Virus record (IMG/VR): IMGVR_UViG_3300022602_000026
From: a virus
Lineage: Duplodnaviria > Caudoviricetes
Direction: 5' to 3' (one strand)
DNA length: 64,000 nt
Part shown: piece after piece, positions 50,002-57,396 of the stretch
Position numbering within the stretch: position 1 is the first letter of the stretch
Layout of the letters: every line of letters begins with the position of its first letter
Translations under genes and position numbers: made by a program
The notes under the pieces: model-generated
Told to the model about the DNA's origin: nothing
Database searches by the model: none
Seen by the model: only the letters and a program-made list of their open reading frames with translations

Positions 50002-50443
50002 TAAAATAGTCAGCAACTTGGGCGAAATCCCGGCATTTATTGATTACTACGAGCACGAATTAATCGGTGCCAAATCTGAAATTAAAATATCGGGTAATGT
50101 AGAACGAGCACTAAGTAATCTGCCGGGAGTCACCGAACACCGATTTAATCAGCTGCAAGAAATTGAAGCAGTATTGAATTATCTCAATATTCAATTACGC
50201 AAGATCAAACAAACACACTACAAAAAATATTTAGAAGCCTATGCACGAGCACTAACAAGTCGTGACGCAGAAAAGTATGCCGAAGGCGAGGACGAAGTTA
50301 TTGATATGGAAACTATCATCAACGAAGTGGCATTGTTACGTAACAAATGGCTAGGGGTAATGAAAGGCATAGAGAGCAAAAACTTCATGCTGGGACACGT
50401 GGTTCGTTTGCGAACTGCCGGAATGGAGGACGTGGTAGTCTAA
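49991..50443 (+). CDS. uvsY: Recombination mediator UvsY
   Basis: EVALLRNKWLGVMKG..K.FMLGHVVRLRTAGMED. Confidence 0.85.
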   Translation: MWYNKIVSNLGEIPAFIDYYEHELIGAKSEIKISGNVERALSNLPGVTEHRFNQLQEIEAVLNYLNIQLRKIKQTHYKKYLEAYARALTSRDAEKYAEGEDEVIDMETIINEVALLRNKWLGVMKGIESKNFMLGHVVRLRTAGMEDVVV

Positions 50444-50709
50444 TGGATTGGCAACAACGTGCAACTGAATTGCTAGAAGAATACGATGCTTGTTGTCGTG
50501 CACGGCCTTATCACAATGCTCTTGATGTTGAGATAGCCAAAGAAAGTTGTGCAACTTGGGCTAGTCATTTGGCAACACAACGTGCCTGGGGCGAGCCAAA
50601 CGATATAGCCGAGGCCTGCTATCAACTAGAACCCCGCCTTAAAAAATTTAAAGAAACAGTAGTATTGGATATATTAACAGATGAATCAATTCAAAAACGC
50701 ATTAGCTAG
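50443..50709 (+). CDS. Hypothetical protein
   Basis: TAATG coupling to uvsY gives start MDWQQR. Confidence 0.65.
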   Translation: MDWQQRATELLEEYDACCRARPYHNALDVEIAKESCATWASHLATQRAWGEPNDIAEACYQLEPRLKKFKETVVLDILTDESIQKRIS

Positions 50710-51433
50710 TCACGAACACAGTCTAAAAATTCTAGATTTATTATACACCTACGATAGTTTCATGGATGGTATAAAAGTGGTAGCAGACATGGGATGCGGC
50801 GCAGGACTAGACACACATTGGTGGGCAAACGTGCTGACACGAGAAGAGCCATACGAACCTAGAAATTATGTATGCTACGCTATAGATAAAAATATAGATC
50901 AAATCGAACCCGAAGTACTAGCAAATAAAAATGTTGTCGCAATACAAGGAGATTACAGTGAACGTATTATTCCCAGACAAGTGGATTTACTATGGAGTCA
51001 CAATAGTTTTCAGTTCAGTCTTGACCCGTTAAAAACTTTGCGTGCCTGGAATTCAACAATGAATGTCAACGGTATGTTGGTTCTAAGCGTGCCACAACAT
51101 CAAACATATCAATACGATCGTATTCAAACTAGAAGTTATAATGGTTGTTACTATCATTACAATGTGTGTAATTTAATGTACATGTTGGCAGTGTCGGGAT
51201 TTGATTGCAGAGATTGTTACCTGTTCATGGAAGAAAACAATCCTTGGATACAGTTTGCAGTATATAAAAACAGCAATCCGTTAGATCCCGAAACAACATC
51301 CTGGCACGATCTAGTAGATCTAAGAGTAGTAAATGACAGTGTAATTGCCAGTTTGAACACCTACGGGCATGTACGACAAGAAGACTTGGTGTTTAATTGG
51401 CTGGATCGCGATTGGAGATTGGCAAAGAACTAA
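50681..51433 (+). CDS. Class I SAM-dependent methyltransferase
   Basis: VADMGCGAG motif I, YAID, VDLLWSH, LNVNGML-like segment. Confidence 0.85.
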   Translation: MNQFKNALASHEHSLKILDLLYTYDSFMDGIKVVADMGCGAGLDTHWWANVLTREEPYEPRNYVCYAIDKNIDQIEPEVLANKNVVAIQGDYSERIIPRQVDLLWSHNSFQFSLDPLKTLRAWNSTMNVNGMLVLSVPQHQTYQYDRIQTRSYNGCYYHYNVCNLMYMLAVSGFDCRDCYLFMEENNPWIQFAVYKNSNPLDPETTSWHDLVDLRVVNDSVIASLNTYGHVRQEDLVFNWLDRDWRLAKN

Positions 51434-51446
51434 TAAATACAGTACT

Positions 51447-53009
51447 ATGACCGATTTACGCAAACTAATAGATCTAATTGAAAATTTATCTGCCCCTATC
51501 ACTGAAGGACGTGGGCTAGCCGCTAGAAAACCCGGCGAGCAATACGCCAACGCCAATGGCGATGTTATCACATTTCAATCAATTGAATTTTATCCCGCAC
51601 GAGGACAATTTGCCACTCCCGAAGAGATGGATCAAGCCATACAGGCCTTGGGCTTGAATATACACTGGGTCAACCGGCGCAACGCTGGTACTCTGGGATT
51701 TGGCATAGCCACATTTGATATACAGGGCGGACAATATTATTTAGGCAAGTATTTTAAACAAATCAGTCCCAATAAAACCGACAACAGTTTTGCCACCGAC
51801 GACATTCCCGGAGGATTCAAATTACAAAGCGGCCTGGGCAAAAAAGAAAGTGCCGGTTATAAGGCCAGTGAAATATTGACCACGTTTGAAGATTTAAGCC
51901 CAGTGGACATTGTTAGACAAATTACCGATCACTTTGGGCAAGACAGTGACGAAGCAAATGCCGCAAGAATATTTCTAGCATCAAGATCGTTCCCGGTAAC
52001 AGTGCCCAAAGGCAACATGAATCTTGAAGCATTTAGAGATTACTTCTGTGAAATGCTACAACCCATTGCACTAGTCAAAGGCATGAATGTAGAAGGCGAT
52101 GCCGGCAAAGCTGCCGACATATTCTTTGGCAAAGGTACCGATTATCGAAATTGTAAAATCAAATTTCATCAAGGAGTCAGCGGCGGCCTGTATGACAGTT
52201 TGCTGACCAGCCCCGATGGCGGGCGTATTAAATTAAGCAGTAAGGGCAAGTCAGGTGCCAGTGCCAGTGTCAGCAACCTATTGACCAGTGTTAGAGAATT
52301 AGAAGTTGCTCCTGATGGTAAAAAACTAGTAAGTGATTTCAAAGAAGAAATTGAAATTTTACAAACCATCTTTGAACGTGGCCATACCGATGCACCGCTG
52401 GATCTTGCGGTCAAATACGGTATAATCAACGCAGTAGAAGCAAAACAAGTCAAGGGCTTGAAACAGTTTGCACCCACAGATGATATTATTGGATCAGGAG
52501 TATTGACCAAGCGTCTAGAAAAGTTCTATACTGATCGTAAAGCCAAGGACATGAGCAAGATTATTCCACTAGAGCATTTGTTAGCAGCCATTGCGTATCG
52601 AGTGGCCGACTATGTCAATGCCAACACACAATTTGGCCTAGCAGCCAGTAAAATTTTAAATCGCAGTGCCTTGGTACAGATGTATACCACTGCAAAAGAA
52701 ATGAACAACAACATTGTAATTGAAAGTTTCAATGCAGTATATCCCAGTGACACTGTTACTGGTGTTTTGCTTGATGCCAGCAAGGCATATATGAGCACAC
52801 AAGGCAAAGGCAACTTTACATTTGAAATTTTGAAGGGCGGGGCCAAGCCCACCAAGAAAGGTAAAGAAGACGAAGCTCCGGCAGTGGACACAGTTGCAGT
52901 CAATCAAAAAATCAGCACAATAGGCCAACAACACTCAATTGGTGCAGACGTTATTGCACGTCCCGGAAAGAAAGCCGCCAGTGGTGGCATAGGACGAGAA
53001 CGCCGTTAA
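51447..53009 (+). CDS. Late hypothetical protein, possible packaged enzyme
   Basis: TAAATA 51434-51439; N-terminus MTDLRKLIDLIE; YDSLL..IKLSSKG is weakly PD-(D/E)xK-like. Confidence 0.6.
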   Translation: MTDLRKLIDLIENLSAPITEGRGLAARKPGEQYANANGDVITFQSIEFYPARGQFATPEEMDQAIQALGLNIHWVNRRNAGTLGFGIATFDIQGGQYYLGKYFKQISPNKTDNSFATDDIPGGFKLQSGLGKKESAGYKASEILTTFEDLSPVDIVRQITDHFGQDSDEANAARIFLASRSFPVTVPKGNMNLEAFRDYFCEMLQPIALVKGMNVEGDAGKAADIFFGKGTDYRNCKIKFHQGVSGGLYDSLLTSPDGGRIKLSSKGKSGASASVSNLLTSVRELEVAPDGKKLVSDFKEEIEILQTIFERGHTDAPLDLAVKYGIINAVEAKQVKGLKQFAPTDDIIGSGVLTKRLEKFYTDRKAKDMSKIIPLEHLLAAIAYRVADYVNANTQFGLAASKILNRSALVQMYTTAKEMNNNIVIESFNAVYPSDTVTGVLLDASKAYMSTQGKGNFTFEILKGGAKPTKKGKEDEAPAVDTVAVNQKISTIGQQHSIGADVIARPGKKAASGGIGRERR

Positions 53010-53065
53010 TTAATTTTTCCTATAAACGCAATTAAAAAATATTTGGTAAAAACCTATTATTTTCA

Positions 53066-53094
53066 TTGACTTAATTGTTAAATACTATTACAAT
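53066..53094 (+). promoter_or_regulatory. Sigma70-type promoter of ahpC operon
   Basis: TTGACT-17-TACAAT. Confidence 0.75.
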
Positions 53095-53151
53095 AAGAAC
53101 ATTAGTGAAAACACTAATATAGTTTTCAAACAACATTTAAAGGAGAAAAAC

Positions 53152-53694
53152 ATGAAAACAATCGGCGATAAATTAACTCACTTTGCAGTAACCGGTGTCA
53201 AGCCCGGACAACCAGAAGATGCTTTCTTCACTATTGACGAAACAAGTTTTGCGGGCAAGTGGAAAGTAATTGTATTCTATCCCAAGGACTTTACATTTGT
53301 ATGCCCAACAGAAATTGTAGCATACGACAAACTAAATCAAGACTTTGCGGATCGTGATGCAGTATTGCTTACAGGTAGCACAGACAACGAATTCTGCAAA
53401 TTAGCATGGCAAAAATCACACGAAGACTTGATCAAGATCAAGCACAATCAGTTTGCTGATACACAACGTGGTGAATTAAGTCTTGCTGAACAGTTGGGTG
53501 TATTCTATGCTCCAGCCGGTGCTGCACTACGTGCCACATTCATTGTTGATCCCGACAACACAATCCAACACGTTACTGTCAACAACTTGGACGTGGGTCG
53601 TAGCCCAGAAGAAACATTGCGTATCCTTGATGCATTGCAAACTGGTGAATTGTGTGCATGTAACCGCACAGTTGGCGGAGCAACACTGGGATGA
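53152..53694 (+). CDS. ahpC: 2-Cys peroxiredoxin AhpC
   Basis: FYPKDFTFVCPTE (peroxidatic Cys), ALRATFIVDP, GELCACN; SD AAGGAG. Confidence 0.97.
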   Translation: MKTIGDKLTHFAVTGVKPGQPEDAFFTIDETSFAGKWKVIVFYPKDFTFVCPTEIVAYDKLNQDFADRDAVLLTGSTDNEFCKLAWQKSHEDLIKIKHNQFADTQRGELSLAEQLGVFYAPAGAALRATFIVDPDNTIQHVTVNNLDVGRSPEETLRILDALQTGELCACNRTVGGATLG

Positions 53695-54092
53695 TTGATT
53701 GCTTGATCATTGGCGACAGTATCGCAGTTGGCACAAAAATGTTCAGACCTGAATGTAGGGACTATGCCAAAGGCGGTATTACTAGTCATGGTTGGGACAA
53801 GCGATTTGGCATGAATGACTTGTCTGCTGAAACCGTTATTATCAGTTTAAGTACCAATGATTGGGAACAAGCAGACACTCACGCAAAACTGATTGAAATT
53901 CGTAACAAAGTCCGGGGCAAGCGAGTATTTTGGATTGAGCCCAATCCCGAAAGCAAACCCCGAGCAGTCGAGAATGTGAGATCAGTTGCTGAACAGTTTG
54001 GTGATGTAGTTATACCTACAACACGTTGGCAAGCAGACAAGATTCATCCAAGTTGGGCAGGATATAAACAAATAGCGGAGAAAACAAAATGA
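53691..54092 (+). CDS. Small SGNH-hydrolase-like protein
   Basis: IIGDSIAVG, ISLSTND, DKIHP; ATGA overlaps at both ends. Confidence 0.8.
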   Translation: MIDCLIIGDSIAVGTKMFRPECRDYAKGGITSHGWDKRFGMNDLSAETVIISLSTNDWEQADTHAKLIEIRNKVRGKRVFWIEPNPESKPRAVENVRSVAEQFGDVVIPTTRWQADKIHPSWAGYKQIAEKTK

Positions 54093-54595
54093 ATTTTATA
54101 GAATCAGTAAAAGGTGCTTTACCGGACTATGCAAAAGACACCAAGTTAAACATGGATGCGGTATTACTACGTAGTACCTTAGATGCAGATGTGGCTATAG
54201 GATGTGCAGTGGCTGCCTTGGCTGCAACTGGCAATGGTAAACTTTTAAGCGTACTACTAGCAGATGCTCCTGTTTATGCAGATGCAGCAATGACTGCAGC
54301 GTCAATCATGGCCCAAAACAATGTATGGTATCCCTACGTTGAAATGGCCGATGATCCTGCACTTGCCGGACTACCTGCAGGCTTACGCATGAACGCTATT
54401 GCCTCACATGGCGGAACAACCAAAAGCAATTTTGAAGCATTTAGTTTGGCTGCCTCAATTGTGGGCAAGTGTCACTTCTGTGTCAAGGCACATTATGAAA
54501 CACTGAAAAAAGAAGGCTATACTGTAGAGCAACTACGCGACATCGGACGTATTGCCTCAGTTATCAACAGTGCCGCAAAGGTGTTGAACAGTTAA
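54089..54595 (+). CDS. ahpD: Alkylhydroperoxidase AhpD
   Basis: LPDYAKDTKLN, MAQNNVWYPY, SIVGKCHFCVKAH (CxxC..H). Confidence 0.95.
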   Translation: MNFIESVKGALPDYAKDTKLNMDAVLLRSTLDADVAIGCAVAALAATGNGKLLSVLLADAPVYADAAMTAASIMAQNNVWYPYVEMADDPALAGLPAGLRMNAIASHGGTTKSNFEAFSLAASIVGKCHFCVKAHYETLKKEGYTVEQLRDIGRIASVINSAAKVLNS

Positions 54596-55497
54596 ACTCT
54601 AACCGCAGTTACTCGAGTATTACAAGCAACGGCTACAAACCTATCCTGTCCAAATGTGATGGCAGTCCAAGGTTGTGTAGCCGGCATCGCTTCGGTGTGC
54701 CAAGTTATGCCATCACTACTGACTGCTGCCACATTGCTGTTATGTGCAACCGATATAAAAGTACCATTCCCGTAAGCAATACTGGTCCATTGTTGTGCAC
54801 CGGGCAACGTAGAAGCAGTCCAAGTATGTCCATTTAGACTGTATGCAGCAACATTGCTATTGGCAGCAACTGCAACAAATCGATTATTGCCAAATGCCAA
54901 TCCAGTCCAATTTTGTGCCACGGGCATGGCATTACTGGTGACCCAACTTGCTCCAGTGGTACTGCTAGAACTACTGTTACTATTTGAAGTTATAGCAACA
55001 AATTGACCAAGACCATATGCTACCTCGGTCCAAGGCAAACTTATGTCCATCAAGCTATTGGCCCAATCATGTGGATCTGGGGTAACTCCCACAGTTTGAT
55101 TTCCGTAAGGGTAACCAAATTTTGTAGTAAATCCCGACCCTACTGCAACAAAGTAATCAGAACCGTAAGCAACACTCTGCCAATTTTTTGATTTTGGTAA
55201 GTTAACAAAAGTCCAATTGGCACCGTCAATGCTGATAGCCGAATACGCACCTGTAGCAACAGCAACAAACTTGCCGTTACCGTATGTGATATTTTGCCAA
55301 TACGCATTGACCGGCATTATACTGGTTAAGTATCTACTGGGACTAGAAGGTTGTGTAACTCCCGGAGTCCAAGTTATTCCGTCGGTACTGTACGAAGAGT
55401 TAGAGCTTATATTGGCAACAGTGGCAAATATACCGGCACCGTATGCGATTCCTGACCAAGCGTCGGGGGTGTTTATTGTTCCTGTGGTCCAGGTCAT
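54592..55497 (-). CDS. Beta-propeller-like repeat protein (WT..MP..W..IAYGNG.FVAV repeats)
   Basis: About seven 40-aa repeats; minus-strand TAAATA (TATTTA at 55514-55519) and SD AAGGA place the start at 55497. Confidence 0.8.
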   Translation of the reverse strand: MTWTTGTINTPDAWSGIAYGAGIFATVANISSNSSYSTDGITWTPGVTQPSSPSRYLTSIMPVNAYWQNITYGNGKFVAVATGAYSAISIDGANWTFVNLPKSKNWQSVAYGSDYFVAVGSGFTTKFGYPYGNQTVGVTPDPHDWANSLMDISLPWTEVAYGLGQFVAITSNSNSSSSSTTGASWVTSNAMPVAQNWTGLAFGNNRFVAVAANSNVAAYSLNGHTWTASTLPGAQQWTSIAYGNGTFISVAHNSNVAAVSSDGITWHTEAMPATQPWTAITFGQDRFVAVACNTRVTAVRV

Positions 55498-55550
55498 TTT
55501 GAGTCCTTTTGAGTATTTATTGTAAAAATACAACAATTTATCCAAAGAGC

Positions 55551-55579
55551 TTTACAACGAATCATAAATAAACTATAAT
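55551..55579 (+). promoter_or_regulatory. Sigma70-type promoter of the RNA island, with nested CATAAATA
   Basis: TTTACA (55551)-17-TATAAT (55574); CATAAATA 55563-55570. Confidence 0.8.
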
Positions 55580-55585
55580 ACGAAC

Positions 55586-55720
55586 ATGATGCAAAACATT
55601 ACGAAACATTCGCAACTACAACTGATAGCCAATTTAGGTGGGACAACCTATTGGTCACAGTTCGATGCAATGCCCGCATCAATTAATAGTGATCGTGAAC
55701 CAAGAGAGGGTTTAAGTTAA
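55586..55720 (+). CDS. 44-aa putative leader peptide (leaderless)
   Basis: ATG 6 nt after the -10 box, no SD; MMQNITKHSQLQLIANLGGTTYWSQFDAMPASINSDREPREGLS; stop lies on the antiterminator strand. Confidence 0.6.
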   Translation: MMQNITKHSQLQLIANLGGTTYWSQFDAMPASINSDREPREGLS

Positions 55721-55778
55721 CGTATAATATCAAATCATATTTTAACTTAAACCCTGGACTAAACACCCAGGGTTTTTT
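55707..55778 (+). promoter_or_regulatory. Attenuator-like antiterminator/terminator
   Basis: AGGGTTTAAGTTAA (55707-55720) pairs perfectly with TTAACTTAAACCCT (55742-55755), which overlaps terminator AAACCCTGG..CCAGGGTTTTTT (55749-55778). Confidence 0.75.
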
Positions 55779-55793
55779 AATGAGGAAAGAAAT

Positions 55794-55946
55794 ATGAGAA
55801 CAGAAAAGAAAAAGTTATTGGAGCAAGTGCCTGCTGTTCTTACACAGGAACAAAGGCTAGCTCTAATAGAAGCCAAGTTGGCAAGGGCCGAGCACTATGT
55901 GCAGGCTCTAGCCAAACAGGCAAAACGATTAGCTGAAAAACGCTGA
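55794..55946 (+). CDS. 50-aa helical basic protein (not in ORF track)
   Basis: SD GAGG; MRTEKKKLLEQVPAVLTQEQRLALIEAKLARAEHYVQALAKQAKRLAEKR. Confidence 0.7.
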   Translation: MRTEKKKLLEQVPAVLTQEQRLALIEAKLARAEHYVQALAKQAKRLAEKR

Positions 55947-56088
55947 TCAAAAGTGTTAAGGAAACGAGGTCCTAGCATCACTTTAAAAATGCAAACGGGC
56001 GGACAGGATACATGAATGGCATGGCGACAACTTGCCGAGTAAGACTCCTGGGTAGGGTATCAACCCTATCATATCCTCTACCAAGAGG

Positions 56089-56183
56089 GTATTCTAAAAC
56101 ACACCAGATGACAATTCCTGGGGGCAATGAGAGCCCACTAAGGCAGGCACGGATCCCGTGATAACTGGTGTGTTTTAGAATAC
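56089..56183 (+). ncRNA. Candidate ncRNA closed by a perfect 19-bp stem
   Basis: GTATTCTAAAACACACCAG / CTGGTGTGTTTTAGAATAC around a 57-nt GC-rich insert. Confidence 0.55.
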
Positions 56184-56277
56184 AACACCCAGACGAAAGA
56201 AGCCGATAGATTGATAAACTATGACGGGGCAGTTCGCAAGATAAGTGTTCCAACTGTGGTGTTGTGTTACTTACAAT

Positions 56278-56368
56278 GGAAGGCCAATCCAAATGGCGAT
56301 GGAACCGGTCTTGAAAACCGTCGAGCGTTAATAACGCCTTTAGAGTTCGACTCTCTAGCCTTCCGCCA
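56278..56368 (+). tRNA. tRNA-Ser(TGA)
   Basis: Cloverleaf, loop CTTGAAA, long variable arm, TTCGA, CCA. Confidence 0.95.
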
Positions 56369-56413
56369 AAATCTCACCGCTTCCGCCAATGTTGTATTTG
56401 TGCAACACCGCAG

Positions 56414-56658
56414 TTGTTCAGAAATGACAACTCAGTTATAATAGATACAAGTTAAGCAATTAACTGAAGTTAAGCAATTAACAAGTGTTGTATAACAACA
56501 ACATCAAATTTGCAAAGAAATGATGTCTAAGTTATAATAGATACATGTTAAGAAATTAACTAAGTTTAATTGATTAGCAAGTGTGTAGTGTAAATGCAAC
56601 ATCAAATTTGCAAAGAAATGATAAAGCAGTTACAATACATATATGTTAAGAAATTAAC
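56414..56658 (+). promoter_or_regulatory. Three tandem sigma70 promoters, each followed by a GTTAA-N4-TTAAC palindrome
   Basis: TTGTTC-17-TATAAT (56414), TTGCAA-17-TATAAT (56510), TTGCAA-17-TACAAT (56608); palindromes at 56451, 56469, 56547, 56645. Confidence 0.75.
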
Positions 56659-56735
56659 AGTAACAAATGATTGAGTTAGTTACAGAGTTCATTAAAAAAT
56701 TATTTAGGTAGTGCTAGTTTTGCTTGGCAACAAGC

Positions 56736-56995
56736 ACTACTTTAAAACACATTTGAGGTTACCTACACCGTTAGGTTCTCTAGGAGAGGAGCAAGGGTGC
56801 CGACTCACGCAATCCTAGGGCAACATGAAACAGAGCAGTAATGCTTGGCGATAGCGGCGGACAGGTAGGCAGTAATGACGAACTGAAGTCTGTGCAGACG
56901 GTGCACCGGGATGTTATCGAGCGTAAACCCTTATTAGGTAACGAACGGGTTGTGAGACGACAGAGGGGAGTTCCTCAAGTGTTTTTTAAAGTAGT
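56736..56995 (+). ncRNA. Candidate 260-nt multibranch ncRNA
   Basis: 23-bp near-perfect closing stem; internal CTCTAGGA/TCCTAGGG, CCTAC/GTAGG, AACCC/GGGTT helices and a GAGCA-GTAA-TGCTT GNRA hairpin. Confidence 0.6.
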
Positions 56996-57066
56996 TGAAA
57001 CTCTAGATTAAATCCACTGGTAATAAAGAGAGAAGTGAGTGGTACTCTCCAACTACTAACAATTTT

Positions 57067-57144
57067 GGTCTCATAGTATAGTTGGCCTAATATGCCTGCC
57101 TGTCACGCAGGAGATCACGGGTTCGAATCCCGTTGAGACCGCCA
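57067..57144 (+). tRNA. tRNA-Asp(GTC)
   Basis: CCTGC-CTGTCAC-GCAGG, TTCGAAT, CCA. Confidence 0.95.
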
Positions 57145-57214
57145 AAGTTTTCTGGCATTTTAACAAGGCGAGCCGTCAATGCAGAGTCTAGTTAAATGTA
57201 AGTCCAATCTAATT

Positions 57215-57290
57215 GCATCGTTCTTCTAGAGGCCAAGGAAAACCGCCTTTCACGCGGTCAACACCGGTTCGAATCCGGTACGATGTACCA
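57215..57290 (+). tRNA. tRNA-Glu(TTC)
   Basis: ACCGC-CTTTCAC-GCGGT, TTCGAAT, CCA. Confidence 0.95.
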
Positions 57291-57296
57291 AAATTT

Positions 57297-57385
57297 GGGG
57301 GCTAATCCACACGGGAGACTGTAAATCTCTTGCCATAATATGTGTGGTGGCTGGCAGTTAGGTTCGATTCCTTTAGTCCCCACCA
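57297..57385 (+). tRNA. tRNA-Tyr(GTA)-like, lacking a D-arm
   Basis: GGGGGCT/AGTCCCC acceptor, GGAGA-CTGTAAA-TCTCT, TTCGATT, CCA; only 10 nt between acceptor and anticodon stems. Confidence 0.75.
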
Positions 57386-57396
57386 TTTGTAGTTGT

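Noticed and set aside
21531-54595. Convergent overlapping gene ends (21531-21536, 40143-40153, 54592-54595) as an antisense system
   Set aside because: Short stop-codon overlaps are common in compact phage genomes; no further evidence
55586-55720. Leader peptide as deliberately codon-diverse
   Set aside because: 32 distinct codons in 44 is about what random sampling of 61 codons gives (about 31-32), so diversity alone is not evidence
57145-57214. Short GCATT/AATGC hairpin between tRNA-Asp and tRNA-Glu
   Set aside because: Too short and weak to distinguish from chance or an ordinary processing spacer
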